Below, one piece after another: positions 20,117 to 30,260 of a stretch of 64,000 nt of DNA. The DNA is from Gemmatimonadota bacterium. GTDB taxonomy: Bacteria > Gemmatimonadota > Gemmatimonadetes > Palauibacterales > Palauibacteraceae. Both the position numbers and the translations under genes were made by a program. The stretch covers positions 59,634-123,633 of the forward strand of contig JBDHHV010000001.1 in NCBI GenBank assembly GCA_039589195.1, written 5' to 3'. The notes beneath the pieces were generated by a model that was given only the letters and a program-made list of their open reading frames with translations, did not search any database and was not told the DNA's origin. The first letter of the stretch is position 1. Every line of letters begins with the position of its first letter.

Positions 20117-20896
20117 ATGGTGTCCCGGTCTCGATTCCGAGTCGTCTTGCTCGGAGCATCGGTCATCATGGCGGGTTGCTCCACTCCGCTCCCGACCGAC
20201 AGTGCGGAGACCGTTGTTCTCGTCCATGGCCTCGGACGGACCCGGGCGTCCATGGCGCTGTTGGGGGCGAGACTGCGGGATGCCGGCTTCCACACCGTCA
20301 ACGTGGGATATCCCTCCGGCGGCAAGACGATTGAGGAGCTCGTCTCGGAGCTCGGAAGTCGCGTGCAGGAGTGTTGTGCGGCGGCACCTGACGTGCACTT
20401 CGTGACTCATTCCATGGGTGGGATCCTCGTTCGCCTGTACCTGGCGGAGCACTCCCCCGAGCACGCGGGACGGGTGGTCATGCTCAGTCCGCCGAGTCAG
20501 GGGAGCGAGGTCGTCGATGCTCTGCTGGACTCGCCTCTGCGCCGCCTCTTTCTCGGGCCAGCCGGATCACAGCTCGGTACGGACAGTCTGAGCGTGCCGA
20601 GCCGGCTGGGGCCCGCCGAATTCGAGCTCGGGATCATCACGGGGAGCCGGACGCTGAACCCGCTCACATCATGGCTGATCCCCGGCCCGGACGACGGCAA
20701 GGTCGGCGTCGATCGAGCTCGCGTCGAAGGGGCGGCCTTCCTGGTCGTGCCCCATACGCACACCTTCATCATGAACACCAGGGTCGTGGCCGAGGAGTGC
20801 GAGCATTTCCTGCGCACCGGACATTTCTCTCGCGGCGGTCCGCGCGCGCCGATTCCAGCGGACTCCGCACGGTCGATGAGCTCCTCCGCGGCCTGA
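20117..20896 (+). CDS. Lipase-like alpha/beta hydrolase, probable lipoprotein
   Basis: Lipobox MAGC, VLVHGLGR, THSMGG nucleophile, DDGKV, HTHTFIM. Confidence 0.85.
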   Translation: MVSRSRFRVVLLGASVIMAGCSTPLPTDSAETVVLVHGLGRTRASMALLGARLRDAGFHTVNVGYPSGGKTIEELVSELGSRVQECCAAAPDVHFVTHSMGGILVRLYLAEHSPEHAGRVVMLSPPSQGSEVVDALLDSPLRRLFLGPAGSQLGTDSLSVPSRLGPAEFELGIITGSRTLNPLTSWLIPGPDDGKVGVDRARVEGAAFLVVPHTHTFIMNTRVVAEECEHFLRTGHFSRGGPRAPIPADSARSMSSSAA

Positions 20897-20958
20897 ACGC
20901 GCTGCCGCGGCGACGAGCTCGACCACGGCAAACCCGAACAAGAGCGAGAGAGTCACGC

Positions 20959-22143
20959 ATGTCGCTCCTCCGTTACGTACCCCCGATGGGAATCTACGAG
21001 ACGCTATACGCGTTTCTGGATTCATTCGGCACCTACATGGGCGAGCCGGGGACCCACCCCTGGAGCCAGGGGTTTCCGCGCACGGTTCAGTTGCCGGACG
21101 GGCCCGAGATTCCTTCCTCGGTGACGGTGACCCCGGATCACCTCAGATACCCCAAAGCCTGGGGCATGCCGGCGCTTCGCGAAGCGATCGCAGCGTACTA
21201 CCGTCGCTTTTATGCGGCGGAGGTCGAGTCCGAAAACGTCATGGTGTTCGCGGGCGGCAGACCCGGGATCGTCGCGGTGCTTCTGTTCCTGGACCCGGAT
21301 GTCACGATTCGCGTAGCGTCCACCGAGTACACGCCCTACTACGACATGCTCGGATTGCTGAAGCGTCCGTACACCGTGGTGCCGAGCGATGCGGACAACG
21401 GGTTCCGTCCGCCCATCGACACCTACACCGAGGCCCCTCGGAGCGGCCGGGGCCTGATCCTCATCAGCAATCCGTGCAACCCGACGGGGATGACCCGCGA
21501 AGACGACGAGCTGGAAGCTCTCGTCCAGGCGGCATCTCGGGAGGACACCGGCCTCCTCATCGATGAAGCGTACGAGCTTTTCCATGACGAGCCGGTGAGC
21601 GCCCTGCGGCACGTTCGAAACATCGACGAGTCGAACCTGTTCGTGGCCGGGGCGGCGACCAAGGGTCTCCAGGCTCCCGGGATTCGGATCGGCTGGGTGG
21701 TCGCCGCCCGTCAGCACATCGAGATCCTGGGGAACTTCTCGTCTTTCGGTATGGGAGGGGTCTCCCACCCATCGCAGTGCTTCGCGCTCGAGCTCCTTCG
21801 CGAGGAGCGTATGACGCACGTCAGGCGAGCGGTGCCCGCTTTCTACGGCCGCCAACGCGCGCGCTACGGAGAGGCGTTCGAGCGGCTCGGCCTGAGGTTG
21901 TTTTCGGGAGACGGCGGCTTCTACCACTGGTGCCGGCTGCCCGAGCCGCACACCGCGGAAACGCTGAACGAACGGCTGTTTCGGGAGGGCGCAGCTGTCT
22001 TGAAGGGCACGGATTGCGACATGTTGAGGCGGGGCGCCGAATCACCCCTCCGCGACTTCTTCCGCTTCTCGTTCGGGCCGCTCGATCCGGAATCGTTCGA
22101 ATCGGATATCGAGATCCTCAGGCGGGCACTGGCAGGTCGCTGA
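20959..22143 (+). CDS. PLP-dependent aminotransferase class I/II
   Basis: GMPALREAIA, SNPCNPTG, IDEAY, ATKGLQAPGIRIGW (PLP lysine), FRFSFG. Confidence 0.9.
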   Translation: MSLLRYVPPMGIYETLYAFLDSFGTYMGEPGTHPWSQGFPRTVQLPDGPEIPSSVTVTPDHLRYPKAWGMPALREAIAAYYRRFYAAEVESENVMVFAGGRPGIVAVLLFLDPDVTIRVASTEYTPYYDMLGLLKRPYTVVPSDADNGFRPPIDTYTEAPRSGRGLILISNPCNPTGMTREDDELEALVQAASREDTGLLIDEAYELFHDEPVSALRHVRNIDESNLFVAGAATKGLQAPGIRIGWVVAARQHIEILGNFSSFGMGGVSHPSQCFALELLREERMTHVRRAVPAFYGRQRARYGEAFERLGLRLFSGDGGFYHWCRLPEPHTAETLNERLFREGAAVLKGTDCDMLRRGAESPLRDFFRFSFGPLDPESFESDIEILRRALAGR

Positions 22144-22175
22144 GCGAGCCGGAAGACGCGCGGCCCGCCACCCGC

Positions 22176-23693
22176 TCAGGGATGAGGGATGTGAGCGGCC
22201 AGGGCGCGCCGATACACATCCAGGTACCGCTGCGCTGAGCTTGCCCACCCGAAGTCGCGACTCATGGCCTCGGCTATGTGCTCCTCCCACGCGTCAGGCT
22301 CGCTCCGGTACAGGTTCATCCCTCTCGACATCGCGGTGAACAGGCCATCCGGAGTGTATTCGTCGAACAGAAAACCGGTTACCTGGTCCTCGATGGTGTC
22401 GGCGAGCCCGCCCACGCGACGTGCCACCGGGATCGTTCCGTACCGTTGGGCACGCATCTGCGTGAGCCCGCACGGCTCGTACTGCGAGGGCATCATGAGC
22501 AGGTCCGCCCCCGCCAGCAGTCGATGCTCCTTTGGCTCCTGAAAGTCGGTGTCGACGATGACGCGGTCGGGGATCGCGGCGGCGATCTCGCGCAGGGCGT
22601 GCTCGTACCGCCCATCCCCGGCGCCGAGGAAAACGAACTGTGCCTCCGCTCGGTGCAGGAGATCCTCCCCGAGGATCAGGTCGAGACCCTTCTGCTGGAC
22701 GAGGCGAGCGGTCATCGCGAACAACGGCATTCGGGGGTACTCCGGGAGACCGTACGCCCGCTGGAGGGCTTGCTTGCAGCGGACTTTTCCCGAGAGATCG
22801 AACTTCGAGTAGTGTGCGGCGATCTCGGGATCCTTCTCCGGGTCCCACACGTCGAGATCGATGCCGTTTCGGATCCCGACAAATCGGTCCTGGAGTCCGA
22901 TGAACGAGTGGTGGAGACCGAAACCCCCAGCCGGGGTCCGAAGCTCGTGCGCGTGGGTCGGGCTGACCGTCGTCGCGTAGTCGCTGAACACGAGCGCGCC
23001 CTTGAGCCAGTTCACATGCCCGTACCACTCCATCCAGCGCCAGTGGAACAGCTGCTGGGGGAGTCCGACCTCGGCCAGCACCCCTGGGTCGAAGTGCCCC
23101 TGGTATCCCGCGTTGTGCACCGAGAGCACCGCGGCCATGCGATCGAACTCGGGCTTGCCCGCGAACTTCGTCCGCAGGTAGACGGGGGCGAGCGCCGTGT
23201 GCCAATCGTGGGCGTGTACCACCACGGGTACATTCGCGAGCTCTGGCAGCACCTGGAGCGCGGCCAGGTTATAGAAGGCGAACCGCCTCGAGTTGTCCGG
23301 ATAGTCGCCGTTGTCCCCGTAGATGCCGTCGCGATCGAAGTAGGCCTCGCTCTCGATGAAGAGAACGCGTGGGTTCTGCGGCGGTCCGGGCGGCTGGTAT
23401 ACCCTCGCCTCCTCGAGTCTGGAGCCGACCTGCACATAGTAGGGATCGTGTGCGGGCTCCAGGTCGGGATAGGCGTCCCGGACCGAACGGTACAACGGCA
23501 TGAAGACCGTGACGGGTGTGCCGTGGGCCGACTGGAAGGTGGCGATGCCACGCACGGCCTCGGCCAGACCCCCGGTGCGGGCGTACGGCCAGTACTCGGC
23601 GACGAGATGTACGACCGCCAATTCCTCGGCTGGACGAGGCTCCGGGATATGCATGGGTCTCTGTGGCTTGGCGATCGTCCTCATGCTCGGCAT
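22176..23693 (-). CDS. glgA: Glycogen/starch synthase (GT5); start could be slightly downstream
   Basis: RTGGL, HAHDWHTAL, HNAGYQG, GIRNGID, RLVQQKG, PSQYEPCGLTQM. Confidence 0.93.
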   Translation of the reverse strand: MPSMRTIAKPQRPMHIPEPRPAEELAVVHLVAEYWPYARTGGLAEAVRGIATFQSAHGTPVTVFMPLYRSVRDAYPDLEPAHDPYYVQVGSRLEEARVYQPPGPPQNPRVLFIESEAYFDRDGIYGDNGDYPDNSRRFAFYNLAALQVLPELANVPVVVHAHDWHTALAPVYLRTKFAGKPEFDRMAAVLSVHNAGYQGHFDPGVLAEVGLPQQLFHWRWMEWYGHVNWLKGALVFSDYATTVSPTHAHELRTPAGGFGLHHSFIGLQDRFVGIRNGIDLDVWDPEKDPEIAAHYSKFDLSGKVRCKQALQRAYGLPEYPRMPLFAMTARLVQQKGLDLILGEDLLHRAEAQFVFLGAGDGRYEHALREIAAAIPDRVIVDTDFQEPKEHRLLAGADLLMMPSQYEPCGLTQMRAQRYGTIPVARRVGGLADTIEDQVTGFLFDEYTPDGLFTAMSRGMNLYRSEPDAWEEHIAEAMSRDFGWASSAQRYLDVYRRALAAHIPHP

Positions 23694-23791
23694 ACTACCA
23701 TGGGCCGCGCGCTCGCGTCCGGTTCATGTGCCTCGTGGCGCAAGAGATGCGCCGGCTGCCCTTTAACCCCATCTGGCCGAGTGAGGTCCGA

Positions 23792-26272
23792 GTGGCCCGA
23801 CTCGATCCCGAGTCATTGACCGCGTTGCTTGCGGGGTTGTGTTCCGACCCTACGGGTGTCCTCGGCGCCTTCCGGCTGGAGCCGCCGGAACGGGAGGAGG
23901 CCCCAGAGGACGGTTCTTCGTGTCCTCCTGCGACCCTCGTGCGCGTCTTCATCCCCCGCGCGCGTTCGGTCACGTTGCTGTGGACTCCGGCCGATGCCGG
24001 CGTCGACCACGAGTCCGCCGATGCCCGAAGGGCCCGGCCGCCTCGGAACGCACCGGAATCGAGACAGGGGGACCGGACTCCCGCAAAGCGCGCGAAGGCG
24101 AAGGAAAGCGCGAGGCGCATGGAGCGCGTTCACCCGGAGGGCGTCTTCGAAATCGAGCTGGGGGAGACGCCTCCCGGGAGCTACCGCATGGGGGTGAGTT
24201 GGGATGGCGGTGGAGAGAGCGAGATGGATGACCCCTACCGGTTTCTGCCTTCGCTCGAGCCGGACCAGTTGGCCGCGTTCGGGAGAGGCGAGGAGTCTCG
24301 GCTTTACCATCTCCTCGGGGCACATCCGGAGACGCGTCAAGAGGTGCGCGGCACTCGTTTCAGGGTGTGGGCGCCGGCCGCCCGCGCGGTGAACCTCATG
24401 GGGTCGTTCAACGGGTGGGAAGCGCGGACGCACCCGATGTACCCCGTCGTGGGAAGCGGGGTGTGGGAGTTGTTCGTGCCCGGAGTCGAGGGAGGGACCC
24501 AGTACAAGTACCAGATTCGGCCGACGGCGGCGGTCACCCGGTCGATCGCCGAGGAAGAGACGGCTCGCGTCAGGCGATCAGCTGCCGGTGAGGGCCGGAC
24601 GCTTCGATCGAAGCGAACCCCGGCCGCGAAGACGGAGGAAAGACGACCGCTGTCCTTGGAAAAGGCGGACCCGTTCGGATTCGATCACGAGGTCCGGCCG
24701 CGCTCCGCGTCCGTGGTGCGCGATCCCGACAGTCACTCGTGGACCGATGGGGGTTGGCTCGAGCAGCGGGCCAGCGAGACGGTGAGCCACGCTCCGGTCT
24801 CGATCTACGAGGTACACCTCGGATCCTGGCGTCGACGAGAGGACGGCGAGTGGCCCGGTTATCGGGATCTGGCCGAGGACCTCCTCCCGTACGTGAAGGA
24901 GCTGGGCTTCACGCACCTGGAGCTTCTCCCGATCACCGAACACCCGCACGACCCGAGCTGGGGGTATCAGGCGCTCGGTTATTTCGCCCCCACGTCGAGA
25001 TACGGCTCCCCCAAAGACTTCAAGGCGTTCGTGGACGCCGCCCACGGACTCGGGCTGGGGGTGATCCTGGATTGGGTACCGGCCCACTTTCCACTCGACG
25101 CGCATGGACTCAGCCGCTTCGATGGGACGCATCTGTACGAACATCCGGACCCGATGCGGGGGATCCACCCGGATTGGGGGACGGCGATCTTCGATTACGG
25201 TAAGCCGGAGGTCGTGTCGTTCCTCATTTCGAGCGCCCGCTTCTGGCTCGAGGAGTACCACCTGGACGGGCTTCGCGTAGACGCCGTCGCATCCATGCTC
25301 TATCTGGACTACTCGCGCGCGGATGGGGAGTGGCTGCCGAACGAGCTGGGCGGACGTGAGAACCTGGAAGCGGTGGCGTTTCTTCGCCGTCTGACCGATA
25401 CGGTTCACGACGCGTTCCCGGACGCGCTGTTGTTCGCAGAGGAGAGCACGGCGTGGCCGCGCGTCTCGGGGCCGACGGGGGAGGGAGGTCTCGGATTCGA
25501 CCTGAAGTGGAACATGGGGTGGATGAACGACACCCTGAGCTACTTCGAGGCGGATCCGTTCGCCCGCCACGCCGCGCACGGGAAGCTCACGTTCTCGATC
25601 CACTACGCCCACAACGAGCAGTATCTGCTTCCGCTGTCACACGACGAAGTGGTTCACCTGAAGCACTCGCTCCTCTCGAAGATGCCCGGGGGGTACGAAG
25701 AGAAGTTCGCCAATCTGCGGGCTCTGTTCGCGTACATGTGGGCGCACCCCGGCAAGAAGCTCCTCTTCATGGGTGGCGAGTTGGGTGAGTGGTCCGAGTG
25801 GGACGAGAACGGGGAGCTGGACTGGAGCCTGCTGAACTTCCCGCAACACCGTGGCATGCGGCGCTTCGTGGGGGCTCTGAACCGGCTGTACACGGAGGAG
25901 CCCGCGCTGCATGCGTTGGACTTCCTGCCCGACGGATTCGAGTGGATAGAGGTGCACGATGACGCCCGGAGCGTCATCGCCTTCCTGCGCTGGAGCCTGG
26001 AGTGGGAGGACTTCGTGCTGGTGGTGGCGAACTTCTCGGGTACGCGGTGGCGTGATTACCGGCTGGGGGCTCCGTCGCCGGGTGAATACGTGGCGATACT
26101 CGATAGCGAATCCCCGGAGTTCCTCGGACGCTCGGACCCCGCAGGCGTGCTGCGATTCATTGCTCGAGACGAGGAGTGGCACGGGCGCTCGGCCTCGCTG
26201 ACGCTGGATCTCGCCCCGCTCTCGTGCCTGTACCTGAAGCGCGCGAGTGACTCCGACCACTCCGTGCCGTAG
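23792..26272 (+). CDS. glgB: 1,4-alpha-glucan branching enzyme (GH13)
   Basis: GTG after GAGG RBS; FRVWAP, IYEVHLGSW, SWGYQ, DWVPAHFP, GLRVDAVASM, AEEST, LSHDEVVH, HPGKKLLFMG. Confidence 0.95.
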   Translation: MARLDPESLTALLAGLCSDPTGVLGAFRLEPPEREEAPEDGSSCPPATLVRVFIPRARSVTLLWTPADAGVDHESADARRARPPRNAPESRQGDRTPAKRAKAKESARRMERVHPEGVFEIELGETPPGSYRMGVSWDGGGESEMDDPYRFLPSLEPDQLAAFGRGEESRLYHLLGAHPETRQEVRGTRFRVWAPAARAVNLMGSFNGWEARTHPMYPVVGSGVWELFVPGVEGGTQYKYQIRPTAAVTRSIAEEETARVRRSAAGEGRTLRSKRTPAAKTEERRPLSLEKADPFGFDHEVRPRSASVVRDPDSHSWTDGGWLEQRASETVSHAPVSIYEVHLGSWRRREDGEWPGYRDLAEDLLPYVKELGFTHLELLPITEHPHDPSWGYQALGYFAPTSRYGSPKDFKAFVDAAHGLGLGVILDWVPAHFPLDAHGLSRFDGTHLYEHPDPMRGIHPDWGTAIFDYGKPEVVSFLISSARFWLEEYHLDGLRVDAVASMLYLDYSRADGEWLPNELGGRENLEAVAFLRRLTDTVHDAFPDALLFAEESTAWPRVSGPTGEGGLGFDLKWNMGWMNDTLSYFEADPFARHAAHGKLTFSIHYAHNEQYLLPLSHDEVVHLKHSLLSKMPGGYEEKFANLRALFAYMWAHPGKKLLFMGGELGEWSEWDENGELDWSLLNFPQHRGMRRFVGALNRLYTEEPALHALDFLPDGFEWIEVHDDARSVIAFLRWSLEWEDFVLVVANFSGTRWRDYRLGAPSPGEYVAILDSESPEFLGRSDPAGVLRFIARDEEWHGRSASLTLDLAPLSCLYLKRASDSDHSVP

Positions 26273-26296
26273 CGGGCCCACACTTCGGTAGCAGGG

Positions 26297-27514
26297 CTAT
26301 GCGGCGTACAGCTGGAGTCGTGTCGAAAACAGATCGGCGATCTCGGTGAGCGTCTGGAGGTCGGGGTGCCGGAGAAAGACCATCCCGTCGGAGATGAGGG
26401 TGGCCTGCCAGTTCCTACGGGGCGCGCCGACGGGCAACAAGTCCAACTCGCACACATGAGAGCCGTATTCCTGCATGAGTGGTGCGAGCCCCTCGATCCG
26501 CCGGATGCGACCTCGCCCCTGCGCCCGCTTCACGACCCAGCACGCGTTGTACTTTCGCTCGACGGGTTGCGACCAGCGCTTGTGCACGACGGCCTCGGCC
26601 CAACCCTGATACGTGTCCAGGTCGGAGGCGTAGTTGATCAGGTCCACGGTTCGGACGCCCGGTGGCCGGGCCGCGATCTCGCCGAAGACGGCCTCGCCGT
26701 CGGGCTTCCTGTACCACTCCATGTGCGTGTAACCGGTTCGGAAGCCCAACGCCTGCAAGACGGCGAACCCCATCTCGCGGCCGGAGCGGAGGTCTTCCGC
26801 TTCGACGTCGCGTAACGCGAACGTCTGTGGGCTGATCCACTCGTTCTCCTTGGCGATCAGCGCCCGGGGGTCGTATCGGCAGATGTTGTGGTGCTGCACG
26901 TGCCCGTCGATGCATATCGTATCGAACGTCATGTCGTCGCCCTCGACGAACTCCTCGACGCTCACTTGAGGAACATGGCGTAGGGCCGGGAGGACGCTCT
27001 CGAGCTCAACCTCGGAGTCGATCCGATACGTGTCGGCAGATCCGGCGCCGGCGATCGGCTTCACGATCAGAGGGAAACCGATTCGCTCGGCTTCGGCGCG
27101 GCACTCGGCGACTGTCGTCGCGCGGGCATGATGGGGAGTGCGAATGCCTGCCGCGTCCAGGACCTGCTTCATGATCTCCTTGTCCCGGAAGGGGATGGTC
27201 TCCGCCACGGTCATCCCGGGCAGACCCATCATCTCGCGCATTCGCCCCGCCAGGATCATGTAGGGCTCCCACAGGCACTCGACTCGATCGATCGGACGGT
27301 GCCTCGCGTACTCCCTGACCTGAGCGAGGATGGCTTCCTCGTCCACGAGGGATCGGACCTGGATGTGGTCGGCGAGGCTGGTGCGCGCCGCCTCAGGCAG
27401 GGTCGCGGCCGGCTGATCTCCGAGCCCGACCACTTCCGCACCGACCTCGGCGAGGCCGCGGGTGAAATACTGCATCTCCGCCGGATAGCCGGGTGAGACC
27501 ATGAGGATGTTCAT
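26297..27514 (-). CDS. ATP-grasp domain ligase (paralog A)
   Basis: RDKEIMK, PLIVKPIAGAGS, VEEFVEG, THMEWY, EIAARPPG; start MNILMVSPGYP. Confidence 0.88.
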   Translation of the reverse strand: MNILMVSPGYPAEMQYFTRGLAEVGAEVVGLGDQPAATLPEAARTSLADHIQVRSLVDEEAILAQVREYARHRPIDRVECLWEPYMILAGRMREMMGLPGMTVAETIPFRDKEIMKQVLDAAGIRTPHHARATTVAECRAEAERIGFPLIVKPIAGAGSADTYRIDSEVELESVLPALRHVPQVSVEEFVEGDDMTFDTICIDGHVQHHNICRYDPRALIAKENEWISPQTFALRDVEAEDLRSGREMGFAVLQALGFRTGYTHMEWYRKPDGEAVFGEIAARPPGVRTVDLINYASDLDTYQGWAEAVVHKRWSQPVERKYNACWVVKRAQGRGRIRRIEGLAPLMQEYGSHVCELDLLPVGAPRRNWQATLISDGMVFLRHPDLQTLTEIADLFSTRLQLYAA

Positions 27515-27575
27515 CACGTGTGGCTCTGCTCCCTGTATGTTGTCACATATGGCGCGGTGTGCATGCCCTCGGGCT

Positions 27576-28796
27576 CTACTCCAGCTCGATGCGTACCCCG
27601 GTGACGATGCGTCGGAGCGCTTCCTCGACGACGCGAGTCTCCGCGTGCCGGACGATGATGTATCCCTCGCCCTCGTAGGTGCCCGACGGAGGCTGCCCCG
27701 GGCGAGGCAGCTTCGCCTCGACCACGAGCGGGCCGAGCTCCCGGCGCAGTTCCTCCACGCCGTGGACTCGCGCCACCGGCCCCCGTCCCTGACCCCGTAG
27801 ATAGGCGGCTCCAGCCGCATACGGTCGCGGGCGTGGCTCGAACTCCTCCCGGATCATCAAACGTGCCCAGGCCGCGTACAGGTCGAAGTCATGCGCCCAC
27901 GAGATGAGAGTCGTGAACTGCGCGCCAGGCGGGCGCGCGCCGACCTCCGAGATCGCGACCGAGCCGTCCGCCCGAAGAAACCACTCCATGTGGCTCAGAC
28001 CCGTGTCCATCCCGAGCGCGGAGAGAGCGTCGCCCGCCACGCGCCGGATCTCCTCATAGCGCGGCGAGTCGACTTCTCGTGGCAGCAGCACGCACCACTG
28101 GATCCAGGGCTCGCGCAGAACCTCCAGTGGGGAGGGTGCATAGTGGTTGATGGAGTGCCACACGATCTGTCCTCCGACGCTGATGCTGTCGAAGGAATGT
28201 TCCTCCCCGGTCACGAACTCCTCAACGAGCGTGGGTCGCTCGGCCGTCGGGCGGTGCGTGGCGAGGCTCACTCGGAGCTGTTCCATCGTTTCGACCCGGA
28301 ACGTCCCGCGGGCACCCGAGCCGGCCGGTGGCTTGACCACCAAGGGGAAACCGACCTGCCGCGCGAAAGCTTCCGCATCCTCCGGAGACGCGGCCAACGT
28401 ATGTCGGGCACACGGAAGTCCGGCGCTTCGCAGCACGTCCTTCATCCGGGACTTGTCCCGAAAGTTGCGCCCGGTCTCGGCGCCCATCCCCGGGATACCG
28501 AGGCGATCGCGTAATTCGCCGAGGGGCACCTGAAGCTCCTCCAGCGCCCCGAGCAGGCGGTCCACCGAACCGAGCTCTCCCCGCATACGCAGGAGAGCCT
28601 CATGGATCGCATCTGGATCGACGGCATCCCGAACCTGCGCGTGGCTCACCAACAGCCGGCGGAGCTCGGCCGGGAGCTTCTCCGCCGGATCCTGACTGAT
28701 CAGGCCCAGCCGAGCGCCCGGTGTCGACGCGGCCGCGCTCACGAAGCGTAGCGTGGTGGGCAGGAAGAAGGGTGCGACGAAGACGACGTTCGGCAT
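27576..28796 (-). CDS. ATP-grasp domain ligase (paralog B)
   Basis: RDKSRMK, PLVVKPPAGSGA, VEEFVTG, SHMEWF, EVGARPPG; start MPNVVFVAPFF. Confidence 0.88.
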   Translation of the reverse strand: MPNVVFVAPFFLPTTLRFVSAAASTPGARLGLISQDPAEKLPAELRRLLVSHAQVRDAVDPDAIHEALLRMRGELGSVDRLLGALEELQVPLGELRDRLGIPGMGAETGRNFRDKSRMKDVLRSAGLPCARHTLAASPEDAEAFARQVGFPLVVKPPAGSGARGTFRVETMEQLRVSLATHRPTAERPTLVEEFVTGEEHSFDSISVGGQIVWHSINHYAPSPLEVLREPWIQWCVLLPREVDSPRYEEIRRVAGDALSALGMDTGLSHMEWFLRADGSVAISEVGARPPGAQFTTLISWAHDFDLYAAWARLMIREEFEPRPRPYAAGAAYLRGQGRGPVARVHGVEELRRELGPLVVEAKLPRPGQPPSGTYEGEGYIIVRHAETRVVEEALRRIVTGVRIELE

Positions 28797-29036
28797 GGCC
28801 TCGGGGATCGGTTCTTGCGCCCACGTGAATCTGGCACCCGCGGAACAGGTACGTGGAACCTGCGGGCGCGGGCATCGCCATGGTGCACCGGTTCGGCGAC
28901 GTCGTGCCGACGCCACACGGCGGCCCTGGCATTCGAGCACGCCCACGCTACAATGGACAGCCCCGAAAATGAAGGAGGCGACGTGGCGGTCCCGCTGCGG
29001 AGGCGACCGACCCACGGCGCAGAGGTGTTGAAAGCG

Positions 29037-30260
29037 ATGCATGTTGTCTTCATAGAGCCGCGGTTCCCCGATAACCAGAAGGACTTCGTCCGCGGGCTGC
29101 GTGAGGTCGGCGCGGAGGTGTCGGCGATCGGCGAGGCTCCGGTAAGCGCGCTCGGCGAGGAGCTGCGCGGGTGGCTGACGCATTACGAACAGGTCCACTC
29201 GGTGTGCGACGAGGACGACCTGATGCGGGTCGTGCGTTGGATCCAGGACCGGAAGTGGGTGGACCGGTTGGAGGCCACCGTCGAGGCCCACATTCTCCCG
29301 ACCGCTCGGGTACGTAAGGCGTGCGGAATTCCGGGAACTTCCGTGCGTACGGCGTACCTCTGCCGCGACAAGCCGGCTATGAAGGAGGTGTTGAGAGAGG
29401 CGGGGATCTCGTGCGCTCAGTCGCTCGGAAGTGGCTCGGTCGAGGAGGTACGGGCATTCGCGAGCGAGGTAGGTTATCCGCTCGTCGTGAAGCCGCGCGC
29501 CGGAGCGGGGGCGTCAGGCACGTACCGCGTCGATGACGATGATCAGCTCCGCGGCGTCCTGTCGCAGGTCGGTGTGGGGAGCGGGGCGGACGTCGCCGTC
29601 GAGGAGTTCATCGAAGGACACGAGGCGTTCTACGACACGGTGTCGATTGGTGGCCGGGTCGTGCACGACTTCATTACGCACTACTACCCGAACGTCCTCG
29701 AGGCGATGAGAACGCGCTGGATCTCACCGCAGTTCATCGCCACCAACAGGATCGACAGTGCGGAGGCGTACGGCGCGGTGCGCGAGATGGGGTGGAGGGT
29801 GATCGAAGCGCTCGGGGTCGAGACGTCCGCGACTCACATGGAGTGGTTCTTCGGTGAGAAGGGCCTGAAGTTCTCCGAGATCGGGTGTCGTCCCCCGGGC
29901 GTGAAGGCCTGGGACCTGTACTGTGCGGCTAACGACATCGACCTGTACCGCGAGTGGGCGATGGCGGTCACACACGGTCGTCCCGATCAGAGGCCGTCGC
30001 GGCGCTTCTCAGCGGGGATCATCACGCTTCGCCCGGATCGGGACGGACGTATTACGCGGTACGAGGGGCTGGACCAGATCGAGCAGCGCTTCGGCGAGTG
30101 GATCATCGATATGCACGTGCCTCCGCCAGGTACTCCGACACAGCCGGTGGAGGCCGGATACATGGCTAATGCATGGATCCGAATGCGGCACCCGGACTAC
30201 GACGCCCTGAGGGCCATGCTCGATTCGGTCGGCGAGACCGTGCAGGTGCGGGCCGAGTGA
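29037..30260 (+). CDS. ATP-grasp domain ligase (paralog C)
   Basis: RDKPAMK, PLVVKPRAGAGA, VEEFIEG, THMEWF, EIGCRPPG; start MHVVFIEPRFP. Confidence 0.88.
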   Translation: MHVVFIEPRFPDNQKDFVRGLREVGAEVSAIGEAPVSALGEELRGWLTHYEQVHSVCDEDDLMRVVRWIQDRKWVDRLEATVEAHILPTARVRKACGIPGTSVRTAYLCRDKPAMKEVLREAGISCAQSLGSGSVEEVRAFASEVGYPLVVKPRAGAGASGTYRVDDDDQLRGVLSQVGVGSGADVAVEEFIEGHEAFYDTVSIGGRVVHDFITHYYPNVLEAMRTRWISPQFIATNRIDSAEAYGAVREMGWRVIEALGVETSATHMEWFFGEKGLKFSEIGCRPPGVKAWDLYCAANDIDLYREWAMAVTHGRPDQRPSRRFSAGIITLRPDRDGRITRYEGLDQIEQRFGEWIIDMHVPPPGTPTQPVEAGYMANAWIRMRHPDYDALRAMLDSVGETVQVRAE

